Assembly: GCA_963842085.1 (NCBI GenBank)
Contig: CAWJET010000001.1
Coordinates: 2,048,001 to 2,112,000 of the forward strand
DNA length: 64,000 nt
DNA from: an uncultured delta proteobacterium
GTDB lineage: Bacteria; Desulfobacterota; Binatia; Binatales; Binataceae
Direction of reading: 5' to 3'
Part shown: in pieces, positions 10,269-18,829 of the stretch
Layout: each line of letters opens with the position of its first letter
How positions within the stretch are numbered: the first letter of the stretch is position 1
Program-made: the position numbers and the translations under genes
The notes under the pieces: generated by a model
What the model saw: the letters and a program-made list of their open reading frames with translations, nothing else
Databases searched by the model: none
What the model was told of the DNA's origin: nothing

Positions 10269-11087
10269 TTAATCGAGACCGCGGGTCGCGAGGACTTCCT
10301 TGGCGGGCGATCGGTCTCCGGTGCAGTTGATCATGCGCGGCGCATCAACCAGAAACAGCGTAAACCCGAGTTTCTTGTACAGTCGAAGAATCCGATCCGT
10401 GGCTTGATTTGACAGGACCGTCGGGCCCCGATGCTTTGCCAACCATTCCCCCAACCGAACTTGGTCGTCCCAGCTGAACCCTTCTTTTGAGTAGGACCGG
10501 AACTCCACGTCATACGGCGGGTCGGCGTAAACGAAGTCGCCGACCTCGACCGGGACCTGCTCGAAGTCGCCGATCGAGAATTCCCACTCACTCAAAATGC
10601 GACGATAGTCCCTGAAATCGCGCTTGTAGTTGATCCGTTTGTATCGGCCAAACGGGACGTTGAACTGTCCGCTTGAATTGAAGCGGCAAAGGCCGTTGTA
10701 GCAGGTGCGGTTCAGATAGTAGAAGAGTGCAGCCGCCTCCGCCGTTTCGGCTCCGCCATCCGAGATCAATTCGTTGAACCGCGCTCGATGCGCGTAATAG
10801 AGGGTCTCGCTGTTGGCAAATCGCAACCGGTCATCGACTCTAAGACCACGCTTGAGCCATGAATAAAAATGAACTGCGTGCGGGTTGATGTCGTTCAACA
10901 GCGCGTGCTTCGGGCGCAGGCTGAGGGTGACGGCGAGCCCACCGCAGAACGGCTCAACCAGGCGCCGGCTTTCGTGCAATTTCCACAATTCGGCAAGATG
11001 CGGAACAAGCCACCGTTTTCCGCCGGCCCACTTGAGAGGAGGTCGAACTGGTACTACCTGCACCTGAAGAACCGCAACCGCCGCCAT
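10269..11087 (-). CDS. Dam-family (D12) N6-adenine DNA methyltransferase
   Basis: KWAGGK, EPFCGG, YLNRTCYNGLCRFN...FNVPFGRY and catalytic DPPY. Confidence 0.95.
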   Translation of the reverse strand: MAAVAVLQVQVVPVRPPLKWAGGKRWLVPHLAELWKLHESRRLVEPFCGGLAVTLSLRPKHALLNDINPHAVHFYSWLKRGLRVDDRLRFANSETLYYAHRARFNELISDGGAETAEAAALFYYLNRTCYNGLCRFNSSGQFNVPFGRYKRINYKRDFRDYRRILSEWEFSIGDFEQVPVEVGDFVYADPPYDVEFRSYSKEGFSWDDQVRLGEWLAKHRGPTVLSNQATDRILRLYKKLGFTLFLVDAPRMINCTGDRSPAKEVLATRGLD

Positions 11088-11344
11088 CGCGCTTTCACCT
11101 TTACTCGATGGCGTGGCCGGAGGCGAGAGCGGACATCTGGTTTTCCTGAGATGCGCACTTTGGTTGTAGACAGGTCCGCTTGAAATCTTAAACCTTCTCC
11201 CGAAGAGCGGCTTCGTCGATCGAAGCGTGAAGCCGCGCTGCTGCGTTTCGCAAAATCCGCCATTTCACGTCACGTGGAACAAATCTTTCTGTGAAACGCT
11301 TTTGGAACGTGACTTAGCCGTCGAACGGGGGGAAAAAAAGTGCT

Positions 11345-11389
11345 TTGATGTCATGAAAAAGTCAAGTATAATTTGACTTATGCATGACA
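11345..11389 (+). promoter_or_regulatory. Sigma70-type promoter of abiEi overlapped by a 41-bp palindromic operator
   Basis: TTGATG (11345-50), 16-bp spacer, TATAAT (11367-72). Palindrome TGTCATG-N3-AAGTCAA-N7-TTGACTT-N3-CATGACA (11349-11389). Confidence 0.75.
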
Positions 11390-12003
11390 CAGACTCGCGC
11401 CGCAACTCACCTCTGCGCGCACGCCTTTTTGAAATTGCCTCCGAACAGGGCGGATACTTCACCGCGCCTCAGGCGCGGACATGCGGCTACAGCAGAGCGC
11501 TGCTTGCTCATCATGCCAAGTCGGGCCGTCTCATTCGAGTCCGTCAGGGGCTTTATCGCTTTCGAGAGTACCCGAGTTCCCCTCGGGAAGACGTGATCGC
11601 CGCATGGCTTGCGGCCGGCAGAGAGACGGCCGTGGTATCCCATGAGAGCGCGCTGGACATTCTGGGTCTTTCCGACGTGGTACCAGACATTGTCCATCTT
11701 ACGGTCCCGAGATCAAAGCGCTACCGTACTGCCACTGTCGGCGCAGCGGTCCACACGACGACTCGGCGGATTGGCAAATCAGACGTGGTCGTACGCGAAG
11801 GAATCCGAGTAACAGGGCCTGTGCGGTCTATCGTGGATTCTGCCGAAGCCGGGACCGCCCCAGAACAGATAATGGCTGCTGTAGGTCAAGCACTGGATCG
11901 GGGCATTGCAACACGGTCAAAACTCCTCGGTGCGGCGAGGGCGCGCGGCGGCAGAGTCGAGCGCCTTGTTCGACAGGCTCTCGAGGAGCGTCGGCAAACA
12001 TGA
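11380..12003 (+). CDS. abiEi: Type IV toxin-antitoxin AbiEi-family antitoxin/transcriptional regulator
   Basis: ASEQGGYFT, RVRQGLYR, VVSHESAL and VRVTGPVRSIVD motifs; 4-bp overlap with the toxin gene. Confidence 0.9.
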   Translation: MHDTDSRRNSPLRARLFEIASEQGGYFTAPQARTCGYSRALLAHHAKSGRLIRVRQGLYRFREYPSSPREDVIAAWLAAGRETAVVSHESALDILGLSDVVPDIVHLTVPRSKRYRTATVGAAVHTTTRRIGKSDVVVREGIRVTGPVRSIVDSAEAGTAPEQIMAAVGQALDRGIATRSKLLGAARARGGRVERLVRQALEERRQT

Positions 12004-12881
12004 AGTACAAAAGCGGTGCTGCGTTTCGTCAGGCGCTGGAACAGCGTCTGCTCGGCCGTTCGCGAGAGACCGGCACTTCTCTCGTTCGCCTGCGCAAAGG
12101 GGTTGTCTTCGATCGCCTTCTGGCGCGCCTTACGGTCGCTGCTCGAGGACGGTGGGTCCTCAAGGGCGCCCTCGCTCTGGACTTCCGACTCGGAGGGCGA
12201 ACGCGGACGACAAAAGACATGGACCTGATTCGCAACGATAGCGAAGAGGCAGCTACCGCTGACCTGATAGCCGCTCAAGCTGTCGAACTCGGTGACTTCG
12301 TCACCTTCGATATCGAGAAGGTGGGCGCGCCTGGCGAAGAGCTCGAAGGCGCTGCAATGAGATACCGCGTAAGAGCGGAACTGGGCGGCAGGCGCTTCGA
12401 GGATGTAATCGTCGATATCGCTTTCTCTGATCCGCTGAAATGGGCGCCCGAGAAAATCGCCGGTACAGATCTTCTGGAATTCGCCGGAATCGAACCGATC
12501 GAGGTTCCGGTCCTACCGCTCGAACAACACATCGCAGAAAAAGTTCACGCCTACACGAGAATTTACTCAAGCGGTCGCACAAGTAGTCGAGCCAAGGATC
12601 TGGTGGATATCGTCCTCGTGAAGCAATTCATGGTGCTGGATGCCGCTCGCCTTCGCACTGCGCTCGTGGGAGTCTTCGAGGGAAGGCGTCAGCATGGTCT
12701 TCCGGATCGGTTCCCGCCACCGCCACCCGAATGGGCGGTCCCGTACCGGAAGCTGGCCAACGAAGTTGGTCTCGATCCGGACCTGCGTCAGGGCCATGCG
12801 CAAGCTGCGGCGCTGCTCGATCCCGTTCTGGCCGGTCGAGCCGCGGGCCACTGGGATCCGGAGCGGGGTTCATGGACGTGA
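12000..12881 (+). CDS. abiEii: AbiEii/AbiGii nucleotidyltransferase toxin
   Basis: WVLKGALAL, RTTKDMDL, AEKVHA and SRAKDLVD motifs. Confidence 0.92.
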   Translation: MKYKSGAAFRQALEQRLLGRSRETGTSLVRLRKGVVFDRLLARLTVAARGRWVLKGALALDFRLGGRTRTTKDMDLIRNDSEEAATADLIAAQAVELGDFVTFDIEKVGAPGEELEGAAMRYRVRAELGGRRFEDVIVDIAFSDPLKWAPEKIAGTDLLEFAGIEPIEVPVLPLEQHIAEKVHAYTRIYSSGRTSSRAKDLVDIVLVKQFMVLDAARLRTALVGVFEGRRQHGLPDRFPPPPPEWAVPYRKLANEVGLDPDLRQGHAQAAALLDPVLAGRAAGHWDPERGSWT

Positions 12882-12901
12882 CGCGTGGGCATCTGATTTA
12901 C

Positions 12902-12941
12902 TGTGCCCAATTTTGTGCCCGGTGTGCCCGATTCTGTGCCC
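12902..12941 (+). repeat. Four TGTGCCC direct repeats (probable integrase arm-type sites)
   Basis: Copies at 12902, 12914, 12923 and 12935, forming two pairs with 12-bp period, about 150-190 bp from the tRNA fragment. Confidence 0.7.
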
Positions 12942-13087
12942 CAACCGGAGATCAATCGAAAGTACTCGGTAACTGAGGGTCGCACTTCAGTCGTGCGCAG
13001 AAAACCCTTCTGCCACAGCGCTTTTACTGCTCTCTAGCGCTACCGAGCGATACCAGACTATTCTGGCGTTTGAGCACGGTTGCACAA

Positions 13088-13132
13088 CTCACATGCAAGA
13101 GGTCCCTGGTTCGAGTCCAGGTGCGTCCACCA
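13088..13132 (+). mobile_element. 3' fragment of tRNA-Val(CAC): attR of an integrative island extending leftwards
   Basis: Anticodon loop CTCACAT, GCAAG, variable loop AGGTC, T-arm CCTGG-TTCGAGT-CCAGG, acceptor strand TGCGTCC, then A-CCA. No matching 5' acceptor strand or D-arm upstream. Confidence 0.85.
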
Positions 13133-13258
13133 ATTAATTCAACTTGTTACGAAGCTCTGGTTTGGCGACGGCGGCGGATTGCAGTACGTTGGAGCAGGCG
13201 ATGTTGTGAAATCGCCAATCGTCGACGTATTTTTGCATGGCTGATGCGAGGTCAGGAA

Positions 13259-13507
13259 ATGTTTGAAGACGAAACCATAGACATTGCGTGCCCGAAGTGC
13301 GGCTTCAAGAACTCGGTCCTCGTGCGGGAATTCGAACGGGCCAGTGAGATTCATATCGTCTGCCAGGGCTGCCAAGTTGGTGTGAAAGTAGAGGCCGCGG
13401 AGTTTCAGCATCGGCTCAATGAGATCAACGACGAGGTCGAGACGATGGAGGTCCAGGCCCGGCAAGCGAAGAGCCCCAAGCCACGCAAAGGTGATTTTCA
13501 GATCTGA
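13259..13507 (+). CDS. Small Zn-ribbon protein with coiled-coil tail (82 aa)
   Basis: CPKC...CQGC; GAGG upstream of ATG 13259. Confidence 0.7.
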   Translation: MFEDETIDIACPKCGFKNSVLVREFERASEIHIVCQGCQVGVKVEAAEFQHRLNEINDEVETMEVQARQAKSPKPRKGDFQI

Positions 13508-13653
13508 AGCCTCAGTAGCCTCGCTCTCAATCAAGATCGGTCGCGAAAAATCGGCGCCCGCGCTCCGCCGCTGCGAGCCGTTTCTTCCCGCCACCGCCGA
13601 AAAGATACGCTGTTGTGACAAGTGATTCCGGTGTGGCATCAATAAGACTCACC

Positions 13654-13983
13654 ATGGGATCGCTCAAGAAGTTCTTGCGCCTGAGCGTCAGCCTGATCGC
13701 GGCGACAATTCTACTCTCGCAGTTCGCCAGCGCGCCGGCCGCTGCCGACATGGACGGCGTGATGATGAGCGGCGGAAAAATGATGATGATGAAAGCGGGT
13801 CAGCCGGCGATGGCGATGGACCACGAAGTCACGATGTCGGACGGCACCATCGTCAGCGTCGACGGCACCGTCAAGCCGAAGAACGGCCCGGAATTTCATC
13901 TGCAAAACGGTGAAATGATTATGATGGACGGGCATCTAATGAAAGGCGGCAAGGCGACCCCGATGAGCCATCAGGAACTTTGA
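13654..13983 (+). CDS. Secreted methionine-rich protein (DUF6799-like)
   Basis: Signal peptide ending APAAA; 15 Met in the 78-aa predicted mature part; DGVMM...MSDGT..DGTV pattern. Confidence 0.8.
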   Translation: MGSLKKFLRLSVSLIAATILLSQFASAPAAADMDGVMMSGGKMMMMKAGQPAMAMDHEVTMSDGTIVSVDGTVKPKNGPEFHLQNGEMIMMDGHLMKGGKATPMSHQEL

Positions 13984-14010
13984 AGATCGCGGAACGGTTG
14001 AATACTCACG

Positions 14011-14679
14011 ATGGACGCGCATGCAGAAACCAGAAACAAGGGACGACGCGCACAACCCGCAGCGATTCGGCTGGCGCATTGGATCAACATTCCACTGCTC
14101 GTCATCATGGCCGGCAGCGGCTTACAGATTTTTGCCGCTTACCCGGCGCTCGGGCCGCGCGGCGCGCAATATGGCTGGTATCCGTTTCAGGACGACGCGC
14201 CGCCGTCGTGGCTGCGCTTGGGCGGATGGCTGGCGGGCGCGCGCCATTGGCACTTCGCGATCGCCTGGTTCCTCATCCTCAACGGCGTGATCTACCTCAT
14301 CTATATGATCGCGAGCGGTGAATGGCGCCGGCGCGTCTTCATCCCCACGCGCGATACCTCGAATGCGATCGCGATGTTCGCTTACTACTTGCGCATTCGT
14401 AAGACTCCGCCGCCCGAGGACTTCTACAACGGCCTGCAGCGCATGGCGTACACCTCCGCGATTCTGTTTGGCGTCGTCGTAGTTCTGTCGGGACTGGCGA
14501 TTTACAAACCGGTGCAGTTGTACTGGATAACCGCGGCATTTGGCGGATACGACGTCGCGCGCGTCGTGCATTTGAGCTGCCTGATTCTGCTCGCACTGTT
14601 CACGGCGATGCACCTGGTGCTGGTCGCGCAGCATCCGCGGACGATAGTCACGATGGTGACCGGAGGGCAGCGTGGCTAG
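14011..14679 (+). CDS. Di-heme cytochrome b membrane subunit (Ni_hydr_CYTB/YdhU-like)
   Basis: RLAHWIN, RHWHF, YNGLQRMAY and ARVVH...MHL; four TM segments. Confidence 0.88.
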   Translation: MDAHAETRNKGRRAQPAAIRLAHWINIPLLVIMAGSGLQIFAAYPALGPRGAQYGWYPFQDDAPPSWLRLGGWLAGARHWHFAIAWFLILNGVIYLIYMIASGEWRRRVFIPTRDTSNAIAMFAYYLRIRKTPPPEDFYNGLQRMAYTSAILFGVVVVLSGLAIYKPVQLYWITAAFGGYDVARVVHLSCLILLALFTAMHLVLVAQHPRTIVTMVTGGQRG

Positions 14680-15364
14680 CCTGATCACGCGGCGAAAACT
14701 TCTGCTCGGTCTCGCCGCGAGCACAGCGCTCGCCGGGTGCGACAGCCGTGCCGCGTCGATGTTCCTGGCCGGGATGGGACGCTGGAACGAGCGCGTCGAT
14801 CGGCTGTTGTTTTCGGAGAATCGCCTCGCGCCCGAACCGCCTGCGTCCGAGCTCACGCCCGAGGCCGATTTCCCAATCTACTTTATTTCGGACACAATGC
14901 CGTTCACGCCGGCGGACTGGGCGCTCAAGGTTGGCGGCCTGGTCGCGCGGCCGGCCGTCTTCTCGCTCGAACAGCTCAAGCGAATGCCGCAAACGAGCAT
15001 GCGAATTCGCCACCATTGCGTCGAGGGCTGGTCGGCGGTGGCCGAGTGGCAGGGCGTACAACTCCGCGAGATCGCGCGGATGGCCGGCGCCAGCCGCGAC
15101 GCGCAGTACGTCGAGTTCCGTTCATTCGACGCCGGCTACTATTCGACGTGGGATATCGAGAGCTCGCTCCATCCGCAAACGATTCTCGCCTATGGCATGA
15201 ACGGACGCCTGCTGTATCCCGATCACGGCGCGCCGCTGCGCCTCTATTCGCCGGTCAAACTCGGCTACAAGAATGTGAAGTATCTGACCGAGGTAAATTT
15301 TCTTCCGCACCGTGCCGGCGGGTATTGGGAAGATCAAGGTTACGACTGGTACGGCGGCGTTTAG
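14672..15364 (+). CDS. Molybdopterin-dependent oxidoreductase, sulfite oxidase/MsrP(YedY)-like; predicted Tat lipoprotein
   Basis: TRRKLL twin-arginine motif plus LAGC lipobox; HCVEGWS, HGAPLRL, LGYKNVK, GGYWED. Confidence 0.9.
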   Translation: MASLITRRKLLLGLAASTALAGCDSRAASMFLAGMGRWNERVDRLLFSENRLAPEPPASELTPEADFPIYFISDTMPFTPADWALKVGGLVARPAVFSLEQLKRMPQTSMRIRHHCVEGWSAVAEWQGVQLREIARMAGASRDAQYVEFRSFDAGYYSTWDIESSLHPQTILAYGMNGRLLYPDHGAPLRLYSPVKLGYKNVKYLTEVNFLPHRAGGYWEDQGYDWYGGV

Positions 15365-16587
15365 TCGATCGCGAGGCTCGCGAACGACACCGCCGACTCG
15401 CTCTGCGGTTCCATCGCGATTCCATATTTGAGCAGGCGTCCGCGGCGGCCGCGCAGCAGCTCGAGCTGCGTGTACATTGGTGACAGCCCGCATATTCGCC
15501 GCGCGTCACGATCCTTCACGATGTCGGCGAAGAAGCCCTCGGGGTCGCCGCGCTTGATATGTTCGATGAGGCTGAGGTCCTCGCGCTGCACGCGCTCTGC
15601 GACTTCGCGATCGGCGGCGAACTCGTCGCCGAATTTCCTGCCGACGTGCGCGAAATCGACGCCCGAAAGAATCAGCACGCGGCGATGCTCCGCGTCGAGC
15701 TCGGCTCGCAGCGCCGCGATGAACGATCCAACCCGGGAATCGCGCGCCGGCACGACTGCGCTCGCGACGATTTCATGAAACGAGCTGACCAGGATCGGCA
15801 CGACCTGGTAGCCGCGCACTCCGAGCGCATAGGCGAGAAACAGCGCCTGAAATTCGATCGAGTGCTCGCCGCGATGCAGCAGCTCGTCGGCGAAGAGATC
15901 GCCGGTGTAGCGCGCCGCGAGCTGATCGATAAACGCACCGTCGGTTTCGACCGCGCCAAACGGCGTCGCATAGTTCTTGCGCGTCGCGCTGAACAGTTCG
16001 GGGCCGGCGCCGTAGTGCGAGGTTCCCAGGATCACCACCAACTCCGGCGGCTCGTGCGCCATCAGCTCGTGATACGCGTGCGCGTAGGCGGCAGCGCCTC
16101 GGCGCGGATCGATATGCGGCGCGATCAGGCCCGCGAGCGACGCCGATTTTTTCACCGTGGGAACGCGGCCGGGTCCTTCCGGCGGGTCGAAGAACGCCGC
16201 CAGCTCGAGGCGCAGCCTCGCCGGATCTCTCTCATAGCAGAGGCCTGCCAGCGCCGCCGGACGGTCGGCACTCGCGAGAAATTCCTCGCGCACGCGCCGC
16301 TCGCGCTCGTGAAATGCGGGCGAGTCGAGAAAGTACGCGCTGTCCAGCGCCGCGATCAACTCGTCGAGCGTCTCGAGCGGAATCATCTCGCCGAAGCGCT
16401 TCGCAAACGCGGCCTGGATATCCTTCAACGACATCCGGCCGTCGAACAGAGTCACGATGAAGTACGCGCCCATCCCGAGCATGACCGGCTCGGGCGCCAG
16501 CCCGCTTGGATCGCGCAAACAGATCAGCGTCTGATCCTGCTGCTCGACGGGGAAAGCCTCGACGGCGCGAATCTTTGGATTTTCCAT
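15361..16587 (-). CDS. amrB: AmmeMemoRadiSam system protein B (Memo family)
   Basis: IAPHID, LGTSH, EHSIEFQ, DFAHVG and ICG motifs; start chosen at MENPKIR. Confidence 0.88.
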   Translation of the reverse strand: MENPKIRAVEAFPVEQQDQTLICLRDPSGLAPEPVMLGMGAYFIVTLFDGRMSLKDIQAAFAKRFGEMIPLETLDELIAALDSAYFLDSPAFHERERRVREEFLASADRPAALAGLCYERDPARLRLELAAFFDPPEGPGRVPTVKKSASLAGLIAPHIDPRRGAAAYAHAYHELMAHEPPELVVILGTSHYGAGPELFSATRKNYATPFGAVETDGAFIDQLAARYTGDLFADELLHRGEHSIEFQALFLAYALGVRGYQVVPILVSSFHEIVASAVVPARDSRVGSFIAALRAELDAEHRRVLILSGVDFAHVGRKFGDEFAADREVAERVQREDLSLIEHIKRGDPEGFFADIVKDRDARRICGLSPMYTQLELLRGRRGRLLKYGIAMEPQSESAVSFASLAID

Positions 16588-16710
16588 GGCGAAATCTAAT
16601 CTTGGAGACAGTCGACGGTGCAGCGCACCGCGTTTACAGATGCTATGGGCTTTGACAAAATCCGGCAAGCCGACCGGAACTCCGCGCGCAAAAATCCGCC
16701 AATCTATAGA

Positions 16711-17142
16711 ATGTCCGACCAACATCGACGCCGCGCCGCTCTGACTCGATCTCATCCGCGACGCAGGGACGCGCCCGCGCGTGCCCGCTACCGAGTTTCG
16801 CGCACCGACTCGCTCGCACCCGGCGAGTCGCTGAAGTTCATGCTGCCGATTCGCGGCGCCGACGAGGAATGCTTTCTCATCAACTTCGGCGGCGAGTTCC
16901 ACGCCTACGTCAATCGATGCCGGCATGTGCCGATGGCGATGGACTGGGTGGACAATCAATTTTTCGCGGAGGAGGGGCGCTACCTGATGTGCCAGACGCA
17001 CAACGCCTACTACGAACCGGCGAGCGGCGAATGTATCGCGGGACCGCCGACTGCATGCGGAAAATATCTTTACCGGGTGCCGACCGAAATCGAAGACGGA
17101 GTCATCTACGCGCGTCCGCCGCTGGAAGAATTCGAAGACTGA
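16711..17142 (+). CDS. Rieske [2Fe-2S] ferredoxin
   Basis: NRCRH...CQTHNAYY...GECIAGP; start uncertain. Confidence 0.88.
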   Translation: MSDQHRRRAALTRSHPRRRDAPARARYRVSRTDSLAPGESLKFMLPIRGADEECFLINFGGEFHAYVNRCRHVPMAMDWVDNQFFAEEGRYLMCQTHNAYYEPASGECIAGPPTACGKYLYRVPTEIEDGVIYARPPLEEFED

Positions 17143-17161
17143 GAGAGAGGACGATTACGGC

Positions 17162-17413
17162 TTATTCGTACTCGTCGCCGAAGTGGGCGCGCACGATTCG
17201 CGCCTTGAGGTACTCGAGGGTGCCGAGATCCTCGACGATGTCGCCGCCGGTGTCGTAGAAGAACAGCTCGCCATTCTTCGTGCGGCCGACCGCGATAATC
17301 CATTCGAGGTCGTCCCGGTCCTCAAGCAAATAGTTGATTGTCTGCGCCACCCCGCGGCCCGGGATAATCGTAATCTTCGGCCTCGGGAGCTTTTCCTTTT
17401 CCTGCTTGGGCAT
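17162..17413 (-). CDS. Hypothetical protein
   Basis: Host-like codon usage; fills the gap downstream of the rRNA methyltransferase gene. Confidence 0.7.
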   Translation of the reverse strand: MPKQEKEKLPRPKITIIPGRGVAQTINYLLEDRDDLEWIIAVGRTKNGELFFYDTGGDIVEDLGTLEYLKARIVRAHFGDEYE

Positions 17414-17484
17414 CTCTTTGATCAACCCTCTGGCGGGAGGATGCGGGAACCGATCACTCAATTACATTAAGAATGCCCAGCGAT

Positions 17485-18735
17485 CTAAGTCAATAGCGCG
17501 TGCACGGCGATCTCAACATGATGCGTGTTGGGGAAAAAATCGAACGCGCGCACGCGATTGATTTTGTATCCCGCCCCCGCCAGCATCCGCAGGTCGCGCG
17601 CCAGCGTCGTAACGTCGCACGATACGTAGATCACAGCTGGTGCGCGCAGCTTGATGATCGGTTCCATCAGACCGGGCGCGCCGGTGCGCGGCGGATCGAG
17701 GACTATGACCTGGGGGCGATAGCGCGCGCGATGGAGAAACTCCGCCGTCGCCGACGCCTTCATCGCGACGAACTGCGCCTCGCGAAACTTCAAGCGCGCG
17801 GCGTTGCGCGACGCCGCGGCGATCGCGCCCGCGTCGGCATCGACACCCGTCACTCGCGCACCGCGCCGCGCCGCGGGCAGACTGAAGTTGCCCGCACCGC
17901 AAAAGAGATCGAGCACCACTTGTGATTCGTGGATTGCTGCCATTTCCATCACGCTTGCGATCAGCTTCTGATTCTGCGCGCGATTCACCTGACTGAAGAG
18001 ATCGGCGTCAGCTTCGATCGAGAGTCCGTCCTCGAGCTCGATCGCAATTGCGGTAGCGCCAACAGTCGCGCGATGCGCGCCCGCTCGCAGCACGATGCCG
18101 GCAATCTCGCTGTCCGATTCGAGCACGTTGCGCGCGCGCCTGAGGTCCTCTTCGTTTGCCGGCTTCTTTAGATACGCGACCTGCACTTCGCGCGCGCCGT
18201 CGCGCACCGCCTCGATCTCTTCGACGCGCTTCCCGAGCGAGCGCGCAAGATGCAGCGGCATCCGGATACCTGACTCGGCGACCAGGCAGGAATCGATTTC
18301 GACGATCGCGTTGCTGCCTGCCGAATAGAACCCGAGCACGCCCTTGGCGCCGACCCTGAGCCGGATTCTCGACCGATAACCGAACTCGGCAGGCGCCGGC
18401 TCGACCAGTCCCGCCGGGTCGATCGCGACTCCCAGCGCGTGGCCCAGTTCGCGCGCGACGACTTCGCCCTTGAAACGCACCTGCGCGCCGTAGTCGATGT
18501 GCTGCCAGTCGCATCCGCCGCATCGCGGCAGATACGGACACGGTGCGGCGCGACGGTCGGCGCTGGCGTGGATGATTTCGCGAATTTTCGCGACCGCGTA
18601 GTCGCGGCGCTCTGAAACTATCTCGACGTCGAGGCGGTCTCCCACCAGCGCACCGGGAACCATCACGGCCTTGCCGTCCTGGCGGCCGACGCCAAACGGC
18701 CCGAACGTCATCGCGCTGATCTCGATCTCCGGCAT
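17485..18735 (-). CDS. rlmD: 23S rRNA (uracil-5)-methyltransferase RlmD/TrmA family with TRAM domain
   Basis: CPYLPRCGGCDWQH Fe-S motif, LDLFCGAGNF, DPPRTG, YVSC, DFFPNTHHVE. Confidence 0.92.
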   Translation of the reverse strand: MPEIEISAMTFGPFGVGRQDGKAVMVPGALVGDRLDVEIVSERRDYAVAKIREIIHASADRRAAPCPYLPRCGGCDWQHIDYGAQVRFKGEVVARELGHALGVAIDPAGLVEPAPAEFGYRSRIRLRVGAKGVLGFYSAGSNAIVEIDSCLVAESGIRMPLHLARSLGKRVEEIEAVRDGAREVQVAYLKKPANEEDLRRARNVLESDSEIAGIVLRAGAHRATVGATAIAIELEDGLSIEADADLFSQVNRAQNQKLIASVMEMAAIHESQVVLDLFCGAGNFSLPAARRGARVTGVDADAGAIAAASRNAARLKFREAQFVAMKASATAEFLHRARYRPQVIVLDPPRTGAPGLMEPIIKLRAPAVIYVSCDVTTLARDLRMLAGAGYKINRVRAFDFFPNTHHVEIAVHALLT

Positions 18736-18829
18736 GCGCACCCGAGTTTATCCCCACTACGCAATTTGCGCGACGCAACTTATAATGAGGCGCGCGCGAG
18801 CGGTCGCGCCATTTCTACGCTCTTACCGG

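Noticed and set aside
11088-11340. Short minus-strand frames upstream of the MTase as a controller (C) protein
   Set aside because: No HTH motif or convincing start/RBS; at most a gene remnant.
13057-13132. Possible intact tRNA-Val
   Set aside because: No 5' acceptor strand complementary to TGCGTCC and no D-arm or complete anticodon stem; treated as an att fragment.
14775-14785. 11-nt match (TGGGACGCTGG) to the short spacer 1 inside the molybdoenzyme gene
   Set aside because: Partial, misses the first spacer bases, and is plausible by chance in GC-rich DNA.
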